A stretch of DNA of 61,853 nucleotides from Bacillota bacterium (GCA_014360055.1 JACIYH010000004.1:1-61853), one strand, 5' to 3'. Positions 44,416 to 54,318 are shown, counted from the first letter of the stretch. A program made the numbers and translations. The notes: generated by a model not told the origin, from the letters alone.

Positions 44416-44686
44416 CACGTAGGGGTTCCCTGGGTCCGCCCCCAATTCTGGTGGCCCGTTTTTGGGGGAGACAACGAAGGCTCCCGGACAGGTTGGACGA
44501 AAAAACGCAGCAATGATAAGGGATCGGGAAAGGCTGTCGGAATTGATGGGCCCCGAAAACCACCCTGGGCAAGGGGGCAGGGTGAGCCCAGAAGGGGGGT
44601 GACAACCCCGCAGGCTACGTGAGCGCTTATGCCACCGCGAGCCGTGTGTCAGCCGTCTGCTGGGATGAACTGAAAGGGGTGGTCAT

Positions 44687-46132
44687 GTGGTAACCGGGCT
44701 CGACTACTTTGTAGTGCTGGTATACTTCGGAGTCATGCTGGTCTGCGGTTACATCGGCGCCCGCAGGTCCAAGACCCACGAGGATTACCTCGTCGCCGGG
44801 AGGAGACTCGGGTTCTGGACGTTTTTCGCCTGCATGTCGGCAGTGATCCTGGGCGGCGGAGCCACCTTCGGTACGGCCAAGCTGGGTTATCTGCACGGGA
44901 TCTCAGGCTTCTGGATGGTTTTCATGTACGGCCTGGGGATCCTGGCCCTGGCCGTGCTGGTGACGACCAGGATCTCCAACCTGCGCATCATGACGCTCAG
45001 CGAGATGCTGGGGATGCGCTACGACGAGAAGGCCAGGATCATTAGTGCCCTCATCGCCGCGGTGTACGCAGCACTCATAGCGACCCTTCAGATCGTAGCC
45101 ATCGGCACCATAATCCAGTCGGTGCTGGGCTGGGCCCCCAAGACCTCCATGCTTGTCGGCGGCCTGATCGTGCTCGCTTACACCCTGGCCGGTGGGATGT
45201 GGTCGGTTACGCTCACCGACGTCATTCAGTTCTGGCTCATGACCTTTGGAGTCCTCCTGATGCTGGTGATGGGACTGGCCAAGGTGGGTGGCTTTGCGGG
45301 ATTGCAAACCGCGCTGGAACCGAGTTATTTCGATCTGGGCACCATTGGCGGCAAGCGTATCTTCTCGTTCTTCCTGCTGTTCTTCCTCGGATTCCTGGTT
45401 GGGCAGGACATCTGGCAGCGGGTCTTCACCGCCAGGGACTCCCGCACCGCCCGCAGCGGAACGGTGGCGGCCGGGTTGTACTGCATAGGGTACGCGGTGG
45501 TAGTCGCCATCATCGGCATGTGCGCAGCAGTGATTGTCCCCGGACTCCAGAACGCCCAGTCGGCGTTTCCGGAAATGGCGATCCGGGTGTTGCCCCCGGG
45601 TCTTACCGGCCTCGTACTGGCCGGTACGCTGTCAGCCCTCATGTCCACGGCTGACGGCCCCATCCTTGCTGCCAGCACCTTAGTCATCCGCGACCTGTGG
45701 ATCCCGATACTCAAGCCCAGGTGGGATGACAGGCACCAGACGGCTGCGTACCGGTGGGTGACCCTGGCGGTCGGCGTGTTCGCCATAGTCAGCGCTGTGT
45801 GGATCCAGGACGTCCTCAACGCCCTGGATCTCGCCTACGACCTGCTCTCAGGAGCCATCGTTGTGCCGGTAATCGCGGCCCTCTTCTGGAAGAGGGCGAC
45901 GGCCCAGGGTGCCGTGCTCTCTATGATCCTCAGTTCTATCGTGGTAATCGTAGGGCTCATCCGGGAAGGGCTGTCCGCCACGAACCCCATTATTTACGGC
46001 GTGGTCACCAGCCTGGTGTCCCTGGTCGTCATCAGCCTGCTCACGCCACCACCCGACTCTGCCAGGATGAAGGAATGGGAAGAGCGGATGATGGGGGCAC
46101 CTGCCAGGGTCGGAGATGCGCACCAGGGCTAA
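44687..46132 (+). CDS. sodium:solute symporter (SSF) family transporter
   Basis: Multi-TM protein with N-terminus ..DYLVAGRRLG.. . GTG start behind AAAGGGG. Confidence 0.75.
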   Translation: MVTGLDYFVVLVYFGVMLVCGYIGARRSKTHEDYLVAGRRLGFWTFFACMSAVILGGGATFGTAKLGYLHGISGFWMVFMYGLGILALAVLVTTRISNLRIMTLSEMLGMRYDEKARIISALIAAVYAALIATLQIVAIGTIIQSVLGWAPKTSMLVGGLIVLAYTLAGGMWSVTLTDVIQFWLMTFGVLLMLVMGLAKVGGFAGLQTALEPSYFDLGTIGGKRIFSFFLLFFLGFLVGQDIWQRVFTARDSRTARSGTVAAGLYCIGYAVVVAIIGMCAAVIVPGLQNAQSAFPEMAIRVLPPGLTGLVLAGTLSALMSTADGPILAASTLVIRDLWIPILKPRWDDRHQTAAYRWVTLAVGVFAIVSAVWIQDVLNALDLAYDLLSGAIVVPVIAALFWKRATAQGAVLSMILSSIVVIVGLIREGLSATNPIIYGVVTSLVSLVVISLLTPPPDSARMKEWEERMMGAPARVGDAHQG

Positions 46133-46148
46133 GTCCCCAAGTAGAGCG

Positions 46149-46184
46149 ACAGGGAGGGTAACCCTGCGGGGATACCCTCCCTGT
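46149..46184 (+). terminator. 12-bp perfect hairpin after the second symporter gene
   Basis: acagggagggta-(12 nt)-taccctccctgt, 17 nt after the stop. No U-tract follows, so terminator function is uncertain. Confidence 0.4.
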
Positions 46185-46316
46185 GCCCTGCGGTTGGGTT
46201 GGCCACCCCAAAGGGTACTCTGCCTTTTGGGTTGAGCTACAAAGGGCGGCCGCGAGGGCGTATGGAATCGAGAAGGCGGCGCCATACCACACCAAGATGC
46301 GAGGAGGTTCAGGCCG

Positions 46317-47162
46317 GTGGCACAGTACAATTCCCACGGCAGCTTGCGTAAGGTCCTTTTGTGCCCGCCTACCTATTACGAGGAGCTTACCATCAGCGAG
46401 ATCGCTCATCGCAGCGTGGATGAGGGTGACGTGGTTAACCGCGAGCTCGCCATCGAGATGCACGAGGGGATGGTGCAGGCCCTCAGGGAGGCCGGGGTCG
46501 AGGTGTTGTTCGAGGAACCCCATCCCGATCACAAGTGGCAGGTGTACACGCGGGATTTCGGGGCCATGACGCCCGTTGGCGCGTTGATCGGTAAGTTCAA
46601 GTACCGCGAGCGCTGGGGCGACGAGGAGCCGGCCATGGACGCGCTGAACAAACTGGGTTACCCCATAGTGGGCCGGGTAACCCGAGGTGCGGTCGAGGGG
46701 GGAGACTGCTGGCTGCTGGACGAGTGCACGCTGGTGATAGGCTCCGGTAACCGCTCCACGATCCGGGGGATCGAGGAGGCTGGGGAAATCCTGAAGCCGC
46801 ACGGTGTCGAAGTGGTACCGGTGGAGTTTCTTGCCAAGTGGAATCACCTGGACATGATCTTCTCGGTGGTGGCGGATAAGCTGGCCCTGGTCTGTGCGGA
46901 GGCCCTGCCGGGGTCTTTCCTAAAGATGCTGGCGGACCGGGGATGGAGGACCATCGACGTCCCGGTTGAGCACGTCCTGAAGACAGGCTGCAACGTACTG
47001 GCCCTCGGTGATGGGCGTGTTCTGACGTTCGAGGAAAACACTTGGGTGAACGAAAGGCTGCGGGCCGAGGGATTCCGCCTGTACGATCCGCCTCTCCGGG
47101 AGTTCACCAAGATGGGCGGCGGCCCGCACTGCTTGACGTTCGAACTCGAGCGGGATCGGTGA
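46317..47162 (+). CDS. guanidino-group-modifying enzyme superfamily protein (DDAH/amidinotransferase-like), paralogue 2
   Basis: 281 aa with the same motif set as paralogue 1: ..VLLCPPTYY.., ..YTRDFG.., ..VEGGDCWLLDE.., ..WNHLDMIFS.., GGGPHCLTF. Confidence 0.65.
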   Translation: MAQYNSHGSLRKVLLCPPTYYEELTISEIAHRSVDEGDVVNRELAIEMHEGMVQALREAGVEVLFEEPHPDHKWQVYTRDFGAMTPVGALIGKFKYRERWGDEEPAMDALNKLGYPIVGRVTRGAVEGGDCWLLDECTLVIGSGNRSTIRGIEEAGEILKPHGVEVVPVEFLAKWNHLDMIFSVVADKLALVCAEALPGSFLKMLADRGWRTIDVPVEHVLKTGCNVLALGDGRVLTFEENTWVNERLRAEGFRLYDPPLREFTKMGGGPHCLTFELERDR

Positions 47163-47239
47163 TTTCGGGGTATCGGTGATGGGGCGGGAATCGCCCCAAC
47201 GGGGTGCTTAGGTGGTTCCCCGCTGATCCGGGAGGCGAA

Positions 47240-47262
47240 AGGGGCACCGGGCGGGTGCCCCT
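47240..47262 (+). terminator. GC-rich hairpin after the second GME gene
   Basis: aggggcacc-gggcg-ggtgcccct followed by ctgtgtt. Confidence 0.4.
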
Positions 47263-47409
47263 CTGTGTTAGCTGTCGGACTGTGAGGCCGACCCATAGCA
47301 GCGCTGGAATGTTGTTGTTATACCACAAAGGGCGGCGGCGCCGCCGGGCCGAATGGGCTGGTGGAATGAGCAGAGCCCTCGCGGTTTGCGAGGGGACGGG
47401 CAAGGGAGG

Positions 47410-48462
47410 GTGAATGGGTTGAAAACCAAGTCGTTGAGGGGTAGGGACTTCATCACGGTGCTGGAGTTCAGCAAGGAGGAGCTTGACACGATCCTGCGGC
47501 TGGCCGAGCAGCTCAAGCTGGAGAAGGCGGCCGGCAAGCGGCATCCGCTGCTCGTGGAGAAGACCCTCTTCCTCCTCTTCTATAACCGGTCGCTGCGGAC
47601 GCGGAACTCGTTCGAGTGCGGCATGACGCAGCTGGGCGGGCATGCGAACTACCTGGATTCGGAGAAGGTGTATACCCCGGCGGTGGCTGGGGAGGAAGTA
47701 GCATTTGTGACGGAGCGCGTGGCGGATGTGGCGCGTGTGCTTTCCTCGATGGGGGACGGCATAGCGATTCGGATATTCGGTGATCCGGTGGGCTGGTACT
47801 ACGGGCGGGGCAATGAGTATCTGCGCGAGTTTGCCCGGTGGGCCACCGTCCCGGTCATCAACATGGAAGACGACATGTACCATCCGTGTCAGGCGATGGC
47901 AGACATGCTCACTTTGCGGGAGAAGTGGGGCGATGTGGCTGGCCGGAAGATAGTGGTAAGCTGGGCGTATTCGCCGAGCATGAAGAAACCGGTGAGCGTG
48001 CCGCACTCGATGATGGCGATAGCGAGTTACTTCGGCATGCACATTGTGTTCGCACGCCCCAAGGGGTTTGAACTCGACCCCGCCATCATCGAGAAGGTTA
48101 AGGCGAACGTGGCCAAGCACGGCGGCAGCTTCGAGGAGACCGACTCGATGGAAGAGGCGTTCCGTGATGCCGACGCCGTTTACCCCAAGTGCTGGCCGAG
48201 TTTGGAGTATCTGCCGCCGAGGGTGCCGAAGCCTGACTTTGAGTCGATGAAGAAGCTGTTCGACGCGAACCGCCACTGGATCTGCGACGAGCGGATGATG
48301 AAGCTGGCCAAGCCCGATTGCCTCTACATGCACTGTCTCCCCTGCGACCGCGGCTTTGAGGTCACCGACGCCGTCATAGACGGGCCCAATTCGGTGGTCT
48401 TCGACCAGGCGGAGAACAGAATGCATGCCCAGAAGGCCATTATGGCCCTGACAATGCGATAA
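47410..48462 (+). CDS. divergent carbamoyltransferase (ATCase/OTCase superfamily; YgeW-like?)
   Basis: Carbamoyl-phosphate motifs are present: NRSLRTRNSFE (S-x-R-T-R), HPCQAMAD (HPxQ) and HCLPCDRG (HxLP). The C-terminus has FDQAENRMHAQKA. The OTC/PTC second-substrate region (..GD..NNV.., D..SMG) is replaced by SWAYSPSMKKPVSVPHS. The start is GTG 47410 or TTG 47419. Confidence 0.75.
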   Translation: MNGLKTKSLRGRDFITVLEFSKEELDTILRLAEQLKLEKAAGKRHPLLVEKTLFLLFYNRSLRTRNSFECGMTQLGGHANYLDSEKVYTPAVAGEEVAFVTERVADVARVLSSMGDGIAIRIFGDPVGWYYGRGNEYLREFARWATVPVINMEDDMYHPCQAMADMLTLREKWGDVAGRKIVVSWAYSPSMKKPVSVPHSMMAIASYFGMHIVFARPKGFELDPAIIEKVKANVAKHGGSFEETDSMEEAFRDADAVYPKCWPSLEYLPPRVPKPDFESMKKLFDANRHWICDERMMKLAKPDCLYMHCLPCDRGFEVTDAVIDGPNSVVFDQAENRMHAQKAIMALTMR

Positions 48463-48531
48463 CCAGTGCCTGTTCCTTGCCCGGGGGCGTTATGCCCCCG
48501 GACAAGGTCAGTGGTGGGAGCGGACAGGAGG

Positions 48532-49482
48532 ATGAAGGAAGTGCAGAAGGAGTTCGTGGTGATAGCCCTCGGGGGCAATGCCATCCTGCAGCCGGGTCAG
48601 CGGGGCACGGCCGAAGAGCAGTTCGCCAACGTGCGGGCCACCTGCCGGCAGATTGTGACCCTGCTGGAGCAGGGTTACCGCATAGTTCTCACGCACGGCA
48701 ACGGCCCCCAGGTGGGGAACATCATCATTCAGAACCAGGCGACCGACGCCGTGCCGGCCATGCCCATGGACATCTGCGGGGCCGAGAGCCAGGGAATGAT
48801 CGGCTACATGCTGCAGCAGAGTCTTGCCGATGAGCTACGCCGGCGCGGCATGGACCGGCCGGTGGCCAGCGTCATCACGCAGACCGTGGTTTCCGCTGAT
48901 GACCCCGCATTCCGCAAACCAACCAAGCCGGTGGGACCTTTCTACGACGAGGTGTACGCAAGAAAGAAGATGGCCGAAGGCGAGACGTGGATGGAGGACG
49001 CCGGGCGGGGCTGGCGGAAGGTGGTGCCTTCACCGGACCCGGTGGAGATCGTGGAACTGGAGGCGATTCGCCGGCTGGCGCGGGATCACACCATCGTGAT
49101 ATGCAACGGCGGTGGTGGAATCCCGGTGGTGCGGGAGAAGGATGGCACGCTGCGGGGAGTCGAGGCGGTAATCGACAAGGACCGGGGGGGCCAGCGCCTG
49201 GCGACCGGGCTTGGTGCCGACCTGTTCATGATCCTGACCGACGTCCCGGCCGTGGCGCTGGATTACGGGAAGCCCACCCAGCGCTGGGTATCCCGGATGA
49301 CGGTCGCGGAGGCCCGGGGGTACCAGAAGGAGGGCCACTTCAAGGCGGGGAGCATGGGGCCCAAGGTGGAGGCGTGTTGCCGTTTCGTGGAAGCAGGGGG
49401 CCGGGCAGCTGTTATCGCTTCCCTGAATGAGGCCCTGGCGGCACTGGCAGGAGAGGCGGGGACCCGTATTGTCCGTGATTGA
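48532..49482 (+). CDS. arcC: carbamate kinase
   Basis: VVIALGGNAIL, LTHGNGPQVG, ..VICNGGGGIPV.. . ATG 48532 sits behind ACAGGAGG. Confidence 0.85.
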   Translation: MKEVQKEFVVIALGGNAILQPGQRGTAEEQFANVRATCRQIVTLLEQGYRIVLTHGNGPQVGNIIIQNQATDAVPAMPMDICGAESQGMIGYMLQQSLADELRRRGMDRPVASVITQTVVSADDPAFRKPTKPVGPFYDEVYARKKMAEGETWMEDAGRGWRKVVPSPDPVEIVELEAIRRLARDHTIVICNGGGGIPVVREKDGTLRGVEAVIDKDRGGQRLATGLGADLFMILTDVPAVALDYGKPTQRWVSRMTVAEARGYQKEGHFKAGSMGPKVEACCRFVEAGGRAAVIASLNEALAALAGEAGTRIVRD

Positions 49483-50407
49483 CACGGGCGGGTCGTCGGA
49501 AGACGGTATCCTGGGGAGAAGTGGCAGGAGAGCGGTATTGAGCCTGGGCCGCGAGGTGGTCGGCCTCCAGGACGGGGAGGCGCCAGGTGGCGGAGCGAAT
49601 CTGCGCCTCCTGGGTCAGCAAGTGGTGGACATGCTGAAGGCTGGCTACCAGGTGGTGGTAACGCACGATATACGCGGGGACGGTGGAATGGCGGATCGGC
49701 TGCGGGGGAGGTCAGCCCGGGATGGTGGAGCGGCTTTCGGGATGTGGCTGGCCGGGGTTCAGGGGATAGCCGGTTACCGGCTCCAACAGGCCATTCACAA
49801 CCAGATGGCCCTGGCAAAGCTGACGCGCCCGGTGGTGACCGTGGTTACGCTGCTGGCGGTCAGGACGGTGGAGGACAGCGGGCGGGCCAGGCCCAGAATC
49901 ACTGCGGAGCCCCTGAGGGTGGTGAACAGCCGGATGATGCGGCTTCTCGCCGAGGGTGGGGTGGTAGTGGTGGCCGCCGGAGGTGGCGGGGTTCCCGTGG
50001 TACCGCGTGCCGACGGCACGCTGCAGAACGTGGCCGAGATGGTAGACCATGACCTGGTGGCGGAATGTCTGGCCTCGTCAGTGGGGGCGAATCTGCTGGT
50101 GATCCTGACCAACACGCCCGGAGTCAGGCCGGGACATGGAGCCCCGAAGGACGGGTTCATCCGGCGGATGAGCGTGCAGGAGGCCGTGTGTTACCTGGAA
50201 GAGGGGGCATTCTCTGCCAGGGGGTCCCGCCAGAAGGTCTTGTCGTGCATCCGGTTTATCGAGGGCGGGGGGGAGGCAGCGGTCATCACTCAGTGGAGTC
50301 GGTTAAGCGAGACCCTCGCCGGTCGGGCGGGGACGTGGATCGTACCGGAAGGATGCGCAAAGCGGGCAATCGTGAACCAGGAGCTTGGGGGTGCGTGTGA
50401 TGAGTAA
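49475..50407 (+). CDS. carbamate-kinase-like paralogue with degenerate active-site motifs
   Basis: Collinear with carbamate kinase (..VVVVAAGGGGVPVV.., ..LVILTNTPGV.., ..GSRQKVLSCIRFIEGGGEAAVI..). However, ALGGNA is replaced by SLGREV, and THGNGPQVG by THDIRGDGG. GTG 49475 lies just before the upstream stop. Confidence 0.6.
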   Translation: MIDTGGSSEDGILGRSGRRAVLSLGREVVGLQDGEAPGGGANLRLLGQQVVDMLKAGYQVVVTHDIRGDGGMADRLRGRSARDGGAAFGMWLAGVQGIAGYRLQQAIHNQMALAKLTRPVVTVVTLLAVRTVEDSGRARPRITAEPLRVVNSRMMRLLAEGGVVVVAAGGGGVPVVPRADGTLQNVAEMVDHDLVAECLASSVGANLLVILTNTPGVRPGHGAPKDGFIRRMSVQEAVCYLEEGAFSARGSRQKVLSCIRFIEGGGEAAVITQWSRLSETLAGRAGTWIVPEGCAKRAIVNQELGGACDE

Positions 50408-51674
50408 TGCTGCCGAGTTGAAGGAAAAGTACCTGTATCCCAATGTCCGTACCTACTACCGGGAGCCACTTGTGCTTTCCGAGGGCAATGGCTGCCGCGT
50501 CCGCGATAGGGAGGGGAGGTCATTTCTCGACCTTTTCGGAGGGATCCTCACCGTAAGCGTGGGGCACGCCCATCCCCGGGTCGTGGGTGCTGTTACGGAA
50601 CAGGTGCGCAAGATCTCGCATACGTCTACTTGCTACCTCAACGAACCCATGCTACGGCTTGCTGAGCGGCTGGCCGAGATCACCCCGGGCAGGTTGCAGA
50701 AGAGCTTCTTCACAAACAGCGGTACGGAGGCGATCGAGACGGCCATTGCGACCGCGCGCGCCTACACCGGCAGGCTTGAGGTAATCGCCCTTCGTCACAG
50801 CTACCATGGCCGTTCCAGCCTGGCCACCACGTTGACGGGTAACGCCGCCTGGCGCACCAGCAACCCCGCGGGCGGGATCGTACATGCCCACAGTCCCTAT
50901 TGCTACCGTTGTTCTTTTGGGCTCAGCTATCCGGGGTGCGGGGTGGCCTGTGCCCACGACATCGAGGAGTTGATAAAGACCGAGACGACCGGCACGGTCG
51001 CGGCCCTGATAGCGGAGCCCATTCAGGGTGTGGGCGGTTTCGTCACTCCGCCGCCTGAGTATTTCCGCGTCGCGGTCGATATTGTGCGCCGGCACGGGGG
51101 CATCTTCATCTGCGATGAGGTGCAGACCGGTTTTGGCCGTACCGGCGATTATCTCTTCGGGATTCAACACTGGGGCGTGGAACCGGATGTGATGGTCTTT
51201 GCGAAGGGTCTGGCAAACGGGGCTCCCATAGGCGCCACCATTGCCATTCCCGAGGTCGCCGACGCGGTCACGGCCAACAGCATATCCACTTTCGGAGGCA
51301 ATCCGGTCAGCATGGCGGCGGGTGTTGCCACGCTGGAAGTGATCATCGAAGAGAAGATCCCCGAGCACGTGGGTCGCGTGGGCAGAGTGATGATGGAGGG
51401 CCTGCGCCGACTGCAGGACCGCCACAGCTTCATCGGCGATGTCCGGGGTAAAGGTCTCATGATCGGCGTGGAACTGGTAGGGGAAAACAAGGCTCCGGCT
51501 CCCGACCTCACCACCTGCTTTATGGAGCTTGCGCGCGAAGAAGGTGTGCTGGTGGGCCGGGGCGGGCTGTACGGCAACGTGTTGCGCATAGCGCCTCCCA
51601 TGACGATTTCGGAGGAAGAGGCAGGCGAGGCGCTGGAGAAGCTGGGCCGGGTTTGCGCCCGGGTCCTGCGGTAG
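50400..51674 (+). CDS. class-III aminotransferase (omega-amino acid/beta-alanine:pyruvate or AGXT2-like)
   Basis: ..FLDLFGGILTVSVGHAHP.., FFTNSGTEAIETAI, ..CDEVQTGFGRTGDYLFG.., ..FAKGLANGAPIG.. . Its ATG overlaps the upstream gene by 8 nt. Confidence 0.7.
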   Translation: MSNAAELKEKYLYPNVRTYYREPLVLSEGNGCRVRDREGRSFLDLFGGILTVSVGHAHPRVVGAVTEQVRKISHTSTCYLNEPMLRLAERLAEITPGRLQKSFFTNSGTEAIETAIATARAYTGRLEVIALRHSYHGRSSLATTLTGNAAWRTSNPAGGIVHAHSPYCYRCSFGLSYPGCGVACAHDIEELIKTETTGTVAALIAEPIQGVGGFVTPPPEYFRVAVDIVRRHGGIFICDEVQTGFGRTGDYLFGIQHWGVEPDVMVFAKGLANGAPIGATIAIPEVADAVTANSISTFGGNPVSMAAGVATLEVIIEEKIPEHVGRVGRVMMEGLRRLQDRHSFIGDVRGKGLMIGVELVGENKAPAPDLTTCFMELAREEGVLVGRGGLYGNVLRIAPPMTISEEEAGEALEKLGRVCARVLR

Positions 51675-51693
51675 GGAGTTTGGGGGGAGCATC

Positions 51694-53181
51694 ATGGCGG
51701 GTCAAGTGGAAAGGCTGCGCAATTACGTAGGCGGCAAGTGGGTTGAATCCGAGAGTACCGCATGGGAAGAAATAAGGAATCCGGCAACGGATGAGGTTCT
51801 CAGCCTGGTTCCTATGAGCACAAAAGCGGAAGTGGACGCCTGCGTCTCTGCGGCCGCGGAAGCGTTCCCCGCCTGGCGGAACACACCTGCCGTCGTCAGG
51901 TGCCGGCACCTGTTCCAGCTCAAGCAACTCCTGGAGGAGAAGCAAGCCGAGCTGGCTCGCGTAATCACGCTGGAGCACGGGAAGGAGTACCGCGCTGCAC
52001 TCGGGGAAATGCGGCGTCTGATCGAGATGGTCGAGGTAGCGAGCGGTATCCCGACCCTGATGATGGGCGACTACTCCGAGCAGATTGCCCCCCGCATTGA
52101 CGAGTACAGTATCCGCGTACCTCTGGGCGTGTTCGCCATGATCCCGCCCTTCAACTTCCCCGGCATGGTGCCGTTCTGGTTCATGCCCTGGGCCGTGGCA
52201 CTGGGTAACACCTATATTATCAAGCCGAACGAGCAGTGCCCCATGACCCAACAGCGGCTGTTCGAGTTGATCGACCAGGTGGGCTTTCCGCCCGGGGTGG
52301 TGAACCTGATCAACGGCGGGCGCGACGTCGCCACCTGGCTGATCCAGCATCCGGACATCAGGGGTGTATCGTTCGTAGGTTCCACCCAGACGGCGCGCAC
52401 CGTCTACCGCATGTGTGCCGAATACGGCAAGAGGTGCCAGGCTCAGGGTGGGGCCAACAACTTCCTGGTGGTAATGCCCGACGTTGACCTGGACGCCATT
52501 ATGCCCAACATCATGGAGTCGTGCTTTGGAAACTCGGGCCAGAGGTGCCTGGCGGGAGGCGTAGTGCTCGGCGTCGGGGCGGTTTACGAGCCGCTGAAGG
52601 AGAAGTTCCTGGAGGCTTGCCGGAAGCTCAAGGTGGGGTGCGGGTTGGATGAGGATACCGACCTGGCGCCCGTAGTCTCGCGCCCGGCGCTCGAGAAGCT
52701 GCACGGGGCGATCGAGCGCGGGATCAGGGAGGGAGCCAGGCTTCTCCTGGACGGCCGCGGAGTCAAGGTCGCAGGGTATCCCAATGGATACTTCCTGGGT
52801 CCCACCGTGTTCGAAGCTGAGCCGGGGATGCACGTCTTCGACGAAGAGGTTTTCGGACCGGTGCGGTGTCTGAAAAGGGTGGAGACGCTTGACGAAGCTA
52901 TCAGCCTGATCAATGCCAGCCGTTACGGGAACGCGGCCACCATCTACACCCAAAATGGTGCCCATGCCCGTGAGTTCCGCTACCGGGTGGAATGCGGCAA
53001 TGTGGGCATCAACGTGGGCATCGCCGCGCCCATGGCGTTCTACCCGTTTGCAGGCAGGAAGGACTCCTTCTTCGGTGACCTGCACGGGCAGGGCAAGGAC
53101 GTGGTGGATTTCTTCACCGACCGCAAAGTTGTCATCGAGCGGTGGTTGCCGGAGAGGGAAGTAAGGGAAAGGTGGTTCTGA
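51694..53181 (+). CDS. mmsA: CoA-acylating methylmalonate/malonate-semialdehyde dehydrogenase (MmsA type)
   Basis: LRNYVGGKWVES..., ..PFNFPGMVPFWFMPWAVALGNTYIIKPNEQ.., catalytic GQRCLA, and the C-terminus ..FFGDLHGQGKDVVDFFT.. . Confidence 0.75.
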   Translation: MAGQVERLRNYVGGKWVESESTAWEEIRNPATDEVLSLVPMSTKAEVDACVSAAAEAFPAWRNTPAVVRCRHLFQLKQLLEEKQAELARVITLEHGKEYRAALGEMRRLIEMVEVASGIPTLMMGDYSEQIAPRIDEYSIRVPLGVFAMIPPFNFPGMVPFWFMPWAVALGNTYIIKPNEQCPMTQQRLFELIDQVGFPPGVVNLINGGRDVATWLIQHPDIRGVSFVGSTQTARTVYRMCAEYGKRCQAQGGANNFLVVMPDVDLDAIMPNIMESCFGNSGQRCLAGGVVLGVGAVYEPLKEKFLEACRKLKVGCGLDEDTDLAPVVSRPALEKLHGAIERGIREGARLLLDGRGVKVAGYPNGYFLGPTVFEAEPGMHVFDEEVFGPVRCLKRVETLDEAISLINASRYGNAATIYTQNGAHAREFRYRVECGNVGINVGIAAPMAFYPFAGRKDSFFGDLHGQGKDVVDFFTDRKVVIERWLPEREVRERWF

Positions 53182-53182
53182 G

Positions 53183-54304
53183 TTGACGGTCACTGTCGGT
53201 GTACCCCGGGAGATCAAAAGGGACGAAAACCGAGTTGCCATCACGCCGGCTGGGGTGGAGGCCTTTGTGCGGGCCGGGCACCGGGTGCTGGTGGAGACCG
53301 GTGCGGGGCTCGGTAGCGGGATAACTGACGATGACTACCGGGCGGCGGGAGCCACGATCTTGCCGCATGCATCCCAGGTGTTCGCCGAGGCTGACATGAT
53401 TCTCAAGGTTAAAGAGCCCCAGCCCTCTGAGTACGGGTTGTTGCGGGCCGGGCAGGTGCTTTTCACGTACCTGCACCTGGCGGCGGAACCAGAGCTGACC
53501 AGGGGGTTGATGGAGCGCCGGGTGGTGGCCGTAGCTTACGAGACGGTACAACTGCCGGACGGCTCGTTGCCGCTTCTGGCGCCCATGAGCGAGGTCGCGG
53601 GCCGGATGGCGGTTCAGATCGGTGCCCGGCTCCTGGAGAAGAGGTGCGGAGGCAGCGGGGTTCTGCTGGGGGGAGTCCCCGGCGTTCCACCTGCCGAGGT
53701 GGTGATCATCGGAGGCGGCACCGTGGGGATAAATGCCGCCAAGATCGCCCTGGGGATGGGTGCCAGGGTCACCGTACTGGACATCAACACGGCCCGGCTG
53801 CGCTATCTGGACGACGTGTTCGGCGGCCGGGTGGTCACCGAAGTATCGTATAGTTATAATATTGCTAAGGCTGTGGCCAGGGCTGACCTCCTGATCAGCG
53901 GAGTGTTGGTGCCCGGTGCCAGGGCGCCGCGGCTGGTCACGGAGGAGATGGTCAGGTCGATGAAGCCGGGCTCGGTGATCGTTGACGTGGCTATCGATCA
54001 GGGAGGGAGCGTCGAGACGATCGACCGGGTGACCACGCACTCAGATCCGTACTTCGTGAAGTATGGCGTGCTGCATTCGAGCGTGCCCAACATTCCGGGC
54101 GCGGTGCCTCGCACATCCACCTTCGCCCTGACCAATGTGACCATGCCCTACGCCCTGAAGCTGGCCAACCAGGGCTGGCGGGCGGCGGTGCAGTGCGATC
54201 CCGCTCTTGCCCGGGGTGTGAATGTGGCGGAGGGCTGCGTGACGAATCAACGGGTTGCCGAGGCCCACGGGCTCGAGTACACCCCGCTCGAGAGGGTGTT
54301 GTAG
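53183..54304 (+). CDS. ald: alanine dehydrogenase
   Basis: [20 protein letters not shown]..., the NAD fold [14 protein letters not shown], and ..VDVAIDQGG.. . TTG start 2 nt after the mmsA stop. Confidence 0.85.
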   Translation: MTVTVGVPREIKRDENRVAITPAGVEAFVRAGHRVLVETGAGLGSGITDDDYRAAGATILPHASQVFAEADMILKVKEPQPSEYGLLRAGQVLFTYLHLAAEPELTRGLMERRVVAVAYETVQLPDGSLPLLAPMSEVAGRMAVQIGARLLEKRCGGSGVLLGGVPGVPPAEVVIIGGGTVGINAAKIALGMGARVTVLDINTARLRYLDDVFGGRVVTEVSYSYNIAKAVARADLLISGVLVPGARAPRLVTEEMVRSMKPGSVIVDVAIDQGGSVETIDRVTTHSDPYFVKYGVLHSSVPNIPGAVPRTSTFALTNVTMPYALKLANQGWRAAVQCDPALARGVNVAEGCVTNQRVAEAHGLEYTPLERVL

Positions 54305-54318
54305 TGTAGCAGAACTGG

